Positions 8,782 through 18,073 of a stretch of DNA of 40,873 bases are shown one piece after another. The position numbers and the translations under genes were made by a program. The first letter of the stretch is position 1. Each line of letters opens with the position of its first letter. The notes beneath the pieces are model-generated. The model was not told the origin of the DNA. It did not search any database and worked only from the letters and a program-made list of their open reading frames with translations. The stretch is from Candidatus Limnocylindrales bacterium (lineage in GTDB: Bacteria; Moduliflexota; Moduliflexia; Moduliflexales; JAUQPW01): positions 62,001 through 102,873 of the forward strand of contig DATMBG010000025.1 in NCBI GenBank assembly GCA_035559535.1, read 5' to 3'.

Positions 8782-11559
8782 ATGCTAACACGTATGGATA
8801 AATTTTATCGCCATCCAAATTTTTCCATGATTTATCGTTTAATCTTTATCTTTTTTCTTTGGATTCCAACCGTCCCGGCGGCTCCCATTGAATCCGCCAC
8901 CCATGTAACTTTGGAAAATGGTCTTCAGGTCATCCTCATGGAGAATCATACCAGCCCCCTGATCGCTTCCACGGTCATCGTAAAAACCGGGGTACGAAAC
9001 GAAACGCCGGATATTAATGGCGTTTCCCACCTGCTGGAACACCTTCTTTTCAACGGAACCTCCACGCGAACCCAGAAACAACTTTATGAGGAAGTGGATT
9101 TTTACGGGGCTTATAACAATGCTTCAACTTCCAGGGACTATACCCTCTTTCAAATGCTGGTCCGAAAGGACTATATTACCCAGATTCTTAATATCCAGGC
9201 CGATATGTTATTTAACTCTACTTTTCCAGAGGAAAATGTGCAGAAGGAACGAAACATTGTCATTGAGGAGATCAAAGGAAGTGAGATGAATTCACCCTCG
9301 GTAGAAGCCGAGAAATTCTTTAATGCTAAACTATATCGGGGAACTTCTTATACTCTGCCGGGATTGGGTACTCCTGAGCTTATTTCAACAATTCCCAGAG
9401 ATAAAATTCTTGCTTACTATCATCGGTTCTACAGACCGGAGAATATGATCCTGGTTTTAATGGGAGATTTTGAAACGCAGTCCATGCTGGAAATTGTCCG
9501 CAAGGAGTTTGACGTGCGGGTAAATCAAGAGGTTTCAGCAGCTCGTTCCTCCGATATCCAAGAACCCATCCTTCCAGATCTCAAAATCCAGGGAAGGAAA
9601 GTTTATACCAGACGACTGGAATCCCAGGGGAATAATTTAAGTACTCTCCCTACCTACCTGAACATGGCCCTGAATGCACCGCATATCTCGGATCCGGATT
9701 TCTATGCCTTCTCCGTATGGAGATTTATCCTGAATTCAGGAGAGCTCCCGGAGTTTAATCTTAAAAACCTGAACACTCTGGGAATTCAAGATTTACAGGT
9801 AAATTTAGACTTCAACGATCAATTCTCGTTTTTAATTATTTCGGCGACCCTTTCAGAGGATTCCAATGCCGATCAAGTCCTCCAACAAATTCTGACGAAA
9901 TTGAATCGGCTCAAGACCCGGTCTCTATCTCAGGAAGTCATTGAAAAGGTTTTGGTAAAACCAGAAGTGGATGAGATTCTTCAGAGCGAACAGTATCATT
10001 ACTACACTTTCTACAAAGCTCCTTATCTGGCCGCAGCCCCTTTTGAAGGAGTCAGAGATCACCTCAAAAATTTAAAGGGCGTGACTCCGAAGGCTCTCCA
10101 GACTGTAGCAAATAAGTACTTTACCAATCCCCCGGTTCTGGCTACTCTGGTAGGAACTAAACAGAAAGATGAAGAAAGGGAATTAGAGTGGAAAAGTGGA
10201 AAAATAGCAGGGCCTGAGACCGGGAAACCAGAAGAACTCCCAACCTCTTCAACTTTCCATTCTCCGATTTTAAAGAGGGAAATCTTCCATAACGGTTTAA
10301 CTGTTCTTGTTAAAGAAAATCCCGATACCGAAGTATTTGCCTTCCATCTGCTGGCGAAGGATCGTAAGGCTCTGGAACCCAAGGGAAAATCTGGCATTGC
10401 AGAGTTTCTTCACCGCATGCTTCCTCAAGGAACAAAATATCGAAACTCCCAGGAAATCTCCGCAGACCTGAATGCTATAGGTGCTACCCTTAAGGTGACC
10501 GATGATCGAAGTATTCCCTACGATGATTATTATTTTTCACCGGCCTACTCCTATCTTCGATTTGAAACTACGGCCAGCCATGCCTATGAAGGACTGATGC
10601 AACTGGCCGATTTGATTAAAAATCCCGAATTTGATTCCGAACAGGTCGAACGGGTACGAACCCAACTTCTAAACGACCTTAGAGAAGATCAGGAGAGTAC
10701 TCGTATACAGGCCCGGAATCTGTTTTATCAAACATTATTTGGTGATGACCCCCTGGCCAGGCCCATCCTGGGAGAAGAACAGGACGTTAAATCCATCACG
10801 GTTGAAGATCTCCGACAGTTCCATCAGACTTACTTTGCTCCCCATAATTTGATTCTCTCGGTCGTCAGTGGGTTACCGGCAGAAAAAGTGCTGAACTGGT
10901 TAAAATTTTATTTTGCCGACCTGCCAACCTATCCAGAAAGTAAAAAGGAAGAGATGAAGAGTAGAAAGGAGTGGAACCGGGGAAGGATGGGAATGTTAGA
11001 AGCGCAAGGGGTAGAACGTACAAAGGAAAAAAAGATTGTGGAAAGGGAAATGGGGAAGGGTCAGTCCTATATTTACCTGGGAAACCTTTTTTCGTTTAAA
11101 GAAGCGGATGAAGTGGCGATTACTGTGATAAATGCGATTTTATCTGATCGAATAGCCTTCAATCTCAGGGAAAGGCAAGGATTGGCCTATGTTATCGGCT
11201 CTTCTGTTTCCTTTTACAGGGGCATAGGTTGGTTCCAGGTCTTTATGGGAACCCGACCTGAAAATTTATCTAAAGCCCAGCAGGGACTTATAGCCGAGGT
11301 TAAAAAATTTCAAACCGAGGAGGTTAGTTCGGAAGAGTTGAAAAAGACGGTTAATCGGCTTTTAGGTTCTATGCTGATGCGGCGAATGACCAGTATCCAG
11401 CAAGCTTATTTCCTGGGACTTCAAGAGTTCCAGAATAAACCCTTAGATGCCGAGGACCGGTTGGTGGAAAAGGTTCAAAAACTTACCCCGGTAGATATTC
11501 ACCGGGTTGCGAACACCTATCTGGATTCAGAAAAGTATGTAATGGTCATAGTGAAGTAG
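8782..11559 (+). CDS. M16 (pitrilysin/insulinase) family zinc peptidase, two fused halves
   Basis: Inverted zincin HLLEH, NAST and ERNIVIEE in the N-half; inactive C-half with LRERQGLAY. The start could be a later Met. Confidence 0.9.
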   Translation: MLTRMDKFYRHPNFSMIYRLIFIFFLWIPTVPAAPIESATHVTLENGLQVILMENHTSPLIASTVIVKTGVRNETPDINGVSHLLEHLLFNGTSTRTQKQLYEEVDFYGAYNNASTSRDYTLFQMLVRKDYITQILNIQADMLFNSTFPEENVQKERNIVIEEIKGSEMNSPSVEAEKFFNAKLYRGTSYTLPGLGTPELISTIPRDKILAYYHRFYRPENMILVLMGDFETQSMLEIVRKEFDVRVNQEVSAARSSDIQEPILPDLKIQGRKVYTRRLESQGNNLSTLPTYLNMALNAPHISDPDFYAFSVWRFILNSGELPEFNLKNLNTLGIQDLQVNLDFNDQFSFLIISATLSEDSNADQVLQQILTKLNRLKTRSLSQEVIEKVLVKPEVDEILQSEQYHYYTFYKAPYLAAAPFEGVRDHLKNLKGVTPKALQTVANKYFTNPPVLATLVGTKQKDEERELEWKSGKIAGPETGKPEELPTSSTFHSPILKREIFHNGLTVLVKENPDTEVFAFHLLAKDRKALEPKGKSGIAEFLHRMLPQGTKYRNSQEISADLNAIGATLKVTDDRSIPYDDYYFSPAYSYLRFETTASHAYEGLMQLADLIKNPEFDSEQVERVRTQLLNDLREDQESTRIQARNLFYQTLFGDDPLARPILGEEQDVKSITVEDLRQFHQTYFAPHNLILSVVSGLPAEKVLNWLKFYFADLPTYPESKKEEMKSRKEWNRGRMGMLEAQGVERTKEKKIVEREMGKGQSYIYLGNLFSFKEADEVAITVINAILSDRIAFNLRERQGLAYVIGSSVSFYRGIGWFQVFMGTRPENLSKAQQGLIAEVKKFQTEEVSSEELKKTVNRLLGSMLMRRMTSIQQAYFLGLQEFQNKPLDAEDRLVEKVQKLTPVDIHRVANTYLDSEKYVMVIVK

Positions 11560-11580
11560 ATCCTGGCTTAAATTTCAGAC

Positions 11581-12669
11581 TCATTGAGGATGGGCAACTA
11601 TATCTATATGATCCGAGCGGCTTTTCTCAAAAAAATAAAGTATTTTGGAAAAATCATCCTTACAAGGTATCAGACGTTTTTGATCCGGAATAATGGAGAT
11701 ATGGTAGTTATTTTCTATCAACAGGCGTAAATATTCTTTGCCTGAAACTTTGGATACATTTTGTAACCCACCTGGAGAAAATTCAGAAAATAGGATAGGA
11801 CGATGTTCCTTTAATAGGTTCCTGGCTCCTTGTATGACCTTATATTCTGCCCCCTCAACATCTAGTTTTATGACGTGAATTTTCCTGACCCCCTGAAGGA
11901 CCTTGTCCAGCGTAACAGACCTTACTAAAATTCTACCGGCGTCTAAGATTTCTAAATCACGGCCAAAGTCGGAAATTATTCCATTACTGGCCAGAGGGTC
12001 ATAAAGAAAAGTTGCTTCTTTTTCGGCAACAGCGTAGGGATATATATCGATATTTTCAAAGTTGTTACTTTGGGCGCTTGAATACAGAAGACCGCAATTA
12101 TGTTGGTTTGGCTCAAAGGATATAACCCTTCCCTGATTTCCAACGATTTGAGCTGCCATTAAACTGAAATAACCGATATTAGCCCCAACATCAACAAATA
12201 CCATGCCAGGTTCCAGGATTTTTCTGAGAGTAGCGGTTACATGGGGTTCATATTCTCTTTTCTCCAGGATGGTTCTGCCAACCGCCCAGTCATCGGGTGA
12301 AACATAGAGTTTAAAATTATCTAATTCAACCAAAACATATTTTACTGGGGAATTAGACTGAAAAATCTTCCTATTCTTGAACTCTGGGGATGCCAGGAAC
12401 ATTGAAACCAGTGAATGGACCTTTTCGCCTTTAAGGATATGGGCCATATACGTATGCCAGCCATCGGGATCGGGATTTCTTCCCAGGAAAAGGCGATAAC
12501 AGTAGTAAACATCTTCTTTGGTAGCTAATTCATCAAATTTATTTTTAGGAATTTGGCCTATTAACCTGGTCTTTAACCCGTGCTTCCAGGACCCAGGTAT
12601 TTGTTTCTTTATCGCTTGGGGAATCAGCCTTATCAATTTCTGTATAAGCATATGGATGACTTCCTCCAT
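11581..12669 (-). CDS. FkbM-family methyltransferase with an N-terminal DUF4214-like helical domain
   Basis: VDVGANIGYFS, FEPN and IKLDVEGAE motifs; N-terminal YRLFLGRNPDPDG...FLASPEF. ATG12651 is an alternative start. Confidence 0.85.
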   Translation of the reverse strand: MEEVIHMLIQKLIRLIPQAIKKQIPGSWKHGLKTRLIGQIPKNKFDELATKEDVYYCYRLFLGRNPDPDGWHTYMAHILKGEKVHSLVSMFLASPEFKNRKIFQSNSPVKYVLVELDNFKLYVSPDDWAVGRTILEKREYEPHVTATLRKILEPGMVFVDVGANIGYFSLMAAQIVGNQGRVISFEPNQHNCGLLYSSAQSNNFENIDIYPYAVAEKEATFLYDPLASNGIISDFGRDLEILDAGRILVRSVTLDKVLQGVRKIHVIKLDVEGAEYKVIQGARNLLKEHRPILFSEFSPGGLQNVSKVSGKEYLRLLIENNYHISIIPDQKRLIPCKDDFSKILYFFEKSRSDHIDIVAHPQ

Positions 12670-12729
12670 CCCTTAACTTCTTTTCCCCATCCACGGGGAT
12701 AGGATTGGGTGGAAGGAGGTCTCCCCGTT

Positions 12730-13776
12730 CTACAAACCCGGTGGCAATTTGAGCTTAAATCGTTCTGCAGCTTTTCGCAGTTTCTCTATGGTACCGATGG
12801 GGAGGGGAATGCCGTTCTTGATACGGTCTTCATAAACCCGCTCTTCCGGCTCACCGGGTACAAAGATTTCGGATACCCCCTCTACCTTAGGTAGTCCCTT
12901 CAGAGCCGTTACCAATCGATCGACATTTTCCTTATACTGTTCTAGATCGGTGAAGTTACCGATATGAATAGCGCCAACGAAGCTGTTTTGAGTTCCTGGA
13001 GCCACCGGATTCTGGTTAAGCAGGGTAGAGGTAATGAGGGGATTACCTACCATTAAACTCGACAGACATTCAAACATCAGGGCCAGGCCATAACCTTTGT
13101 AACCTGCAGCCGGTTGCAAAAATACAGCTTTTTTAGGATCTGTGGTAGGTCGTCCATCCTTGTCTAAAGCCCATTCTGGAGGGATCGAGGTTCCTTTGTC
13201 GATGGCTACGTGTAATTTACCCCCGGCGGCTACGCTGGTAGCCATATCCAGACTGAGGAATTTGTAATTCTTACCCGGTACGGCAATGGCAATGGGACTG
13301 TTATGTACACCGGCGGCGCGAGCACCGGGCGGTGCCATATTCGGAGGGCTGCAAACCACAGCAATACCGGCCATACCCCTGGCAGCAGCCATCTGGGTAT
13401 AATAAGCCATGGCCCCCTGGTGGGTAGTATTACGAATTAATCCCCAACCAATCCCGACTTCCAGGGCCTTATCAATAACCTTCTCCATGGCAAACGTCGT
13501 AACTACAGGACCAAAAGCCCGATCTGCTTCGATGAGTATGGTGGCCGAAGTTTCCTTAAGTATCTGAATATGGGGACGTGGGTTCATAATCCCCGCATCT
13601 ACCCGCTTCGAGTACTCCTCTATCCTCTGGACCCCATGAGAATCCACCCCCCGTAAATTGGCCCATACCAATACTTCAGCCTCCTTGGCCGCATCTTGCG
13701 GTGGCATTCCTAACCCTTCAAATACCTTGGCCGTAAATTCCTGCAAAGCCTTCCATTCTACACGCACCTCTTCCAT
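12730..13776 (-). CDS. Ldh_2 family oxidoreductase (malate/L-lactate/sulfolactate/ureidoglycolate dehydrogenase-like)
   Basis: RGVDSHG, H.GAM, LDMATS, G.PTTDP, YKGYGL and PGEPE motifs. Confidence 0.88.
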   Translation of the reverse strand: MEEVRVEWKALQEFTAKVFEGLGMPPQDAAKEAEVLVWANLRGVDSHGVQRIEEYSKRVDAGIMNPRPHIQILKETSATILIEADRAFGPVVTTFAMEKVIDKALEVGIGWGLIRNTTHQGAMAYYTQMAAARGMAGIAVVCSPPNMAPPGARAAGVHNSPIAIAVPGKNYKFLSLDMATSVAAGGKLHVAIDKGTSIPPEWALDKDGRPTTDPKKAVFLQPAAGYKGYGLALMFECLSSLMVGNPLITSTLLNQNPVAPGTQNSFVGAIHIGNFTDLEQYKENVDRLVTALKGLPKVEGVSEIFVPGEPEERVYEDRIKNGIPLPIGTIEKLRKAAERFKLKLPPGL

Positions 13777-13936
13777 TTTTTTCCTCCTCTTTTTCCCTCC
13801 ATTTTTCCAGAGTTACCTGACAGGATGTTTGTCTTTTTTTACCCGGTTTTATCAATCCCGGTCTATAAAGACGAAGGACCCTTTCCCTCTGAAAAGATTG
13901 TCCGATTATGCAAGCGTGATCCTCTACCCAAGGAAA

Positions 13937-16423
13937 TCAGGAACGCTTCATTTCTTCAAGAATTTTTTGGTAACGATCCACATTAAAATAAAATTGTTTT
14001 GCAACTTTTAGCAAGGTTTCCCGAAAACGAATAACTTCCTCTTTCTTATCCGGAGGGATAGGTTCTTTTTTAGAAAACTCAGAAGTTAGAATGTCATGGA
14101 ATTGATTCTGATGTGAGGCCAGCTCTAAATTGAGATTAAAGCGCCGGAGAAGATCATGGAAATCCTTTAAAATTTCTAAATTCTCCAGAGTAGGATTCAG
14201 TTTAAGATTGAGCACTTTTTCATACAAGGCTTTATCCACATATTCTGTGATATAATCGGTCCTTAGATTATACCGATTCTGCCTGGCAGTCTCAACAATT
14301 TCCAGAGCTCTCCCATAGGATGTTTCATCGTGATTTTCAATGTAAGATACAATCTCATGCTCGAGTCGACGGCTCAAAGTATATTCCGCAGCGATCCGAT
14401 ACTCCTCCGGTAAGTCCAGACCGGCCTGGCGAAGAGATTCCATAAATTCCCGATCGTTATCGTAAATACTGGAATAAGCCTCATAGTAGTCCTGGGTTTT
14501 TTTCCGAACCAGCAAGTTTAAAAGGTGTTTTTTCTCATCCCGGAACATATCCCGGATGGTATAATGGTTCTTTCCCAAAGTCTCTTCTATGAACTGGTCA
14601 AGTTGAGGAGGGTTTTCTATCCGTTCATTGAGTTTTTTGAGAAGTTCTTCCAGGTCCAGATCTTCTGTATATTCGCGGATGGTGGTTCGGAAATCTTGTT
14701 CTCCATAATGACAGACAACAAATACAAGATCTTTCCTTTCCAGGGTCGTAGAGGCCGTAACCAGAGCATGTCCAAGGGCTAGGGAGATCTTTTCTCCCCG
14801 TAGAATCTGATGGAATTTCATATCCACCTGATAGTTATATGTATTAGCCATGCCTGGAATCAGGTCTTTGAAGAGGGAAAGAATGGCCACATGGTTTAAA
14901 AACTTTTCCAGGCTTACCCGACAGGGAAGGACTAATTTTTCATAAACGCCCCGTCCGTTTTTAAACGTCTCTATATTACTGGGCGCTTTTTCAAGGCGTT
15001 TCAGAAATTCCTCTTGAAGTTTGAGGCCGAAATCTTCGGCTAATTGAATCGCCCGATCCGCATACATTAAAATTTGAACCGTTTCCAGCCCGGAGATCTC
15101 TGTAAAAAACCATCCACAACTGGTATACATAAGGAGCGCATGCCGCTGGATTTCTAAAAGTTTAAAAATGTGGGACTGCTCTTCCTGGGTTAAATTTTTT
15201 TTCCTGGCATGTTTTCGCAGGAACTCGGCACGGGAATCCTCGGAGCGATCCAAAATTACAGATATATAATCATTTCTAGCTTTCCAGACATCTTTCAGAT
15301 AGGAGCCTCCTTCCTTTTCAAACAAGGGAATAAGCTGATCTCGGAGCCAGTCTAAGGCTTCCCTCAGAGGTTTTCGCCATTCCTGGGTCCACTCCTCGGG
15401 TCCTCCGGTCCGACATCCGCAGTTCTCTTTCCAACGGCCTACTCCATGGGCACAGCTCCAGGCCGTTCCCTCATTGTCAGGTCCTTCTTTGAGTTCAACC
15501 TTCATGGTGGGAGGATTATAGGCCAGAAAGCTGGCATAGTTGGTTAGCTCCAGACCACGACTTTCAGCCAGGTGGGTAACGGTAAAAGCCAGAGCCTTCT
15601 CACCTCCCTTAAAGTGATGGCCGTAAGTTTCTCCATCTGTAGCTACATGGATCAATTGGGTATGATTACGATGAGGGTCTATGGCACTTTCCAGACGAGT
15701 GGTAAAAAGCTCGGCAGATGATAAGAGCTTTTCAAAGGCAAGAGCCTGAGAAATAGGTCCATCATAGAAGAAAATATCAATATATTTTCCCTTACCGACA
15801 AAACATCGATAGGGCTGGCTGGGATCGATATGACCGTTTTCTACACTGACCCATTCTTCCTTTCCGATGGGAGATACACGCTTGGCTTGATAGGGAGATA
15901 GGATAATATATTTCAAATTAAAGTTGGCCAGAACCTTTAAGGTATCATAATTAACGGCTGTTTCAGGAAGCCAGATAGAATCCGCTGGTCTTCCAAAGTG
16001 AAACTCAAAATCTTTTAATCCCCAAACAATTTGGGTAATTTTATCCTGCTCATTGGCCAGAGGCAGGATCACGTGATTATAACATTGTGCAATGGCATTC
16101 CCGTATCCCCATCGTTCTAAGCTCTGCTGATCGGCTTCTTTTAACCTTTGATAAACATCGGGGGCTTTCACCCTGAGCCAGTTTATGAGGGTTGGCCCAA
16201 AGTTAAAGCTGATCCAGGCATAATTGTTGACAATATTCAAAATACGATCCTGTCCGTCTAAAATTCTGGCAAAGGCATTGGGTCGATAACATTCTGCAGT
16301 AACCCGCTCTTGCCAGTCATGAAAAGGGTAAGCACTCTCCTGAGGCTCAATAGCTTCAATCCAGGGATTCTCCCTGGGTGGTTGATAGAAATGTCCATGG
16401 ATGCAGAGATAAGCCCTGGGCAT
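13937..16423 (-). CDS. Glycoside hydrolase family 57 / DUF3536 protein
   Basis: HGHFYQPPRENPW, WLPETA (nucleophile Glu), ATDGETYGHH, WSCAHGVGRW and MYTSCGWFF. Confidence 0.9.
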   Translation of the reverse strand: MPRAYLCIHGHFYQPPRENPWIEAIEPQESAYPFHDWQERVTAECYRPNAFARILDGQDRILNIVNNYAWISFNFGPTLINWLRVKAPDVYQRLKEADQQSLERWGYGNAIAQCYNHVILPLANEQDKITQIVWGLKDFEFHFGRPADSIWLPETAVNYDTLKVLANFNLKYIILSPYQAKRVSPIGKEEWVSVENGHIDPSQPYRCFVGKGKYIDIFFYDGPISQALAFEKLLSSAELFTTRLESAIDPHRNHTQLIHVATDGETYGHHFKGGEKALAFTVTHLAESRGLELTNYASFLAYNPPTMKVELKEGPDNEGTAWSCAHGVGRWKENCGCRTGGPEEWTQEWRKPLREALDWLRDQLIPLFEKEGGSYLKDVWKARNDYISVILDRSEDSRAEFLRKHARKKNLTQEEQSHIFKLLEIQRHALLMYTSCGWFFTEISGLETVQILMYADRAIQLAEDFGLKLQEEFLKRLEKAPSNIETFKNGRGVYEKLVLPCRVSLEKFLNHVAILSLFKDLIPGMANTYNYQVDMKFHQILRGEKISLALGHALVTASTTLERKDLVFVVCHYGEQDFRTTIREYTEDLDLEELLKKLNERIENPPQLDQFIEETLGKNHYTIRDMFRDEKKHLLNLLVRKKTQDYYEAYSSIYDNDREFMESLRQAGLDLPEEYRIAAEYTLSRRLEHEIVSYIENHDETSYGRALEIVETARQNRYNLRTDYITEYVDKALYEKVLNLKLNPTLENLEILKDFHDLLRRFNLNLELASHQNQFHDILTSEFSKKEPIPPDKKEEVIRFRETLLKVAKQFYFNVDRYQKILEEMKRS

Positions 16424-16602
16424 ATTTAACTTCCTTCCTTCTATAGGTTATGGTCTGTGGGATATCATCTTGAGGAGGCGAATTGTGAACGGTTGATGGA
16501 TTTCCCTCATCCTTCATCATTCGCTCCCCACCAAGAATCTTGATTTGAGAAAAATTTACTCTCTTTCCTTGAAAAAAACAGGGAAATATATCAAAACAAA
16601 GC

Positions 16603-16631
16603 TTGACTTTGATTCAATATCCAGGCAGAAT
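16603..16631 (+). promoter_or_regulatory. Possible sigma70 promoter for the NHL gene
   Basis: TTGACT-N17-CAGAAT; a downstream palindrome ATGCTGA...TCAGCAT lies at 16667-16689. Confidence 0.35.
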
Positions 16632-16753
16632 AATAGCGTTACTTTTTACGTTTGAGCAAACCGACCATGCTGAAAAATATTCTCAGCATTTAAAAATAAC
16701 AAAAGTCACCGATGTATCTACGTTTGTTTAAAAATAGCCTTGGAGGTATAGAT

Positions 16754-17725
16754 ATGAATAAAATTTTATCGAGTGGCGGGTTTACCTATGAAGTTGAGCA
16801 AAACTGGGCCAAACTTCCGTCCGGACCTGATTGGTATTTCAAGGACGTCGCCGGAGTCGCCGTCGATTCCCAGGACCGGGTTTATGTGTTCAATCGGGGT
16901 CCTCACCCCATGATTGTTTTCAATAAAGATGGAGAATTTATTAAGTCCTGGGGAGAGGGGATATTTACCCGGGCCCATGGAGTGGATATGGGTCCCGATG
17001 AAACCCTTTACTGTACCGATGATGGAGATCATACGGTCCGAAGATGCACCTTAGATGGTAAGGTTCTCATGACGCTGGGTATTCCCCATCAACCGGCTCC
17101 CTATCAGAGTGGAAAACCTTTTAATCGCTGTACCCATACCGCTCTTTCCCGAGACGGTCAATTTATTTTTGTTACAGATGGATACGGTAATTCTTGTGTC
17201 CACAAATACACAAAGGACGGAAAATACGTCCTTTCCTGGGGAGAACCGGGAACGGATCCCGGGCAGTTCAACATTGTTCATAATATTGCAGCCGATGGAA
17301 AAGGAAATTTATACGTTGTCGACCGGGAAAATCATCGGGTGCAGATTTTTGACGAGGAAGGTAATTACAAAGGTCAGTGGGTCAATATGCACCGTCCCTG
17401 CGCGATTTATAAAAATAAGGTTTTTGATAATAATTTCTATTTGGGAGAAATAGGAACGGCTATGTCGGTAAATTGGTACGTTCCTCGTATCGGTCCCCGT
17501 TTAACTATTCTGGATGAAGGGGGGAAGGTCTTAGCTCGTATTGGAGACCGTCCCAGCCCAAATGAACAGAGTATCTTCAGCGCTCCCCATGGTATTGCTG
17601 TGGACTCCCGTGGAGATGTTTATGTGGGTGAGGTAACCTGGACGAATCTGGTGGGGGGGGATCGGGGCCATAAAGAAGTCCCTCCTGGTCCTCTGATAAC
17701 CCTTCAAAAACTTCACCGGAGATAA
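16754..17725 (+). CDS. NHL-repeat beta-propeller (peptidyl-alpha-hydroxyglycine amidating lyase-like)
   Basis: GVAVDSQDRVYVFNRG, DGYGN, GQFNIVHNI, DRENHRVQIFD and PHGIAVDSRGDVYVGE. Start placed at ATG16754 after RBS GGAGG. Confidence 0.85.
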   Translation: MNKILSSGGFTYEVEQNWAKLPSGPDWYFKDVAGVAVDSQDRVYVFNRGPHPMIVFNKDGEFIKSWGEGIFTRAHGVDMGPDETLYCTDDGDHTVRRCTLDGKVLMTLGIPHQPAPYQSGKPFNRCTHTALSRDGQFIFVTDGYGNSCVHKYTKDGKYVLSWGEPGTDPGQFNIVHNIAADGKGNLYVVDRENHRVQIFDEEGNYKGQWVNMHRPCAIYKNKVFDNNFYLGEIGTAMSVNWYVPRIGPRLTILDEGGKVLARIGDRPSPNEQSIFSAPHGIAVDSRGDVYVGEVTWTNLVGGDRGHKEVPPGPLITLQKLHRR

Positions 17726-17790
17726 CCTCACCTTTCCTCCTTTATTCTCGGTTTGAGCTGGAACCTAAAGATTCAATTCATTACTATCCG

Positions 17791-17927
17791 TAGTACCTTG
17801 TTGACTTAGGTTTGCTTGACGTTTAAGCGGCCTTCACCCCCGGCCCCTCTCCCGAAGCTTCGGGAGAGGGGGGGGTTGGGAAGTGAAAGCTGTACTATAA
17901 GATCGAAATTAAGTAAACAATGTAGTA
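17791..17927. mobile_element. MITE-like element with imperfect terminal inverted repeats and an internal palindrome
   Basis: TAGTACCTTGTTGACTTA matches the reverse complement of TAAGTAAACAATGTAGTA at 15/18 positions. Internal hairpin CCCCTCTCCCGAAG/CTTCGGGAGAGGGG. Confidence 0.55.
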
Positions 17928-18073
17928 GAATCCCTTTAAAGCAGTCATAATCGGAGTCGTTCTTTCTTACTTCGTCCCTTCCCTCCTATTTCGCCTGGTG
18001 TATACCTGTCTATGTTTCATAGTGTAACACCATTTCACATTGAAACATCCTTTCAACCGTCTTTCTGATAATT

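Noticed and set aside
11581-12669. FkbM gene looks more AT-rich than its neighbours, a possible horizontal acquisition
   Set aside because: Impression only, not computed, and there are no flanking mobility signatures.
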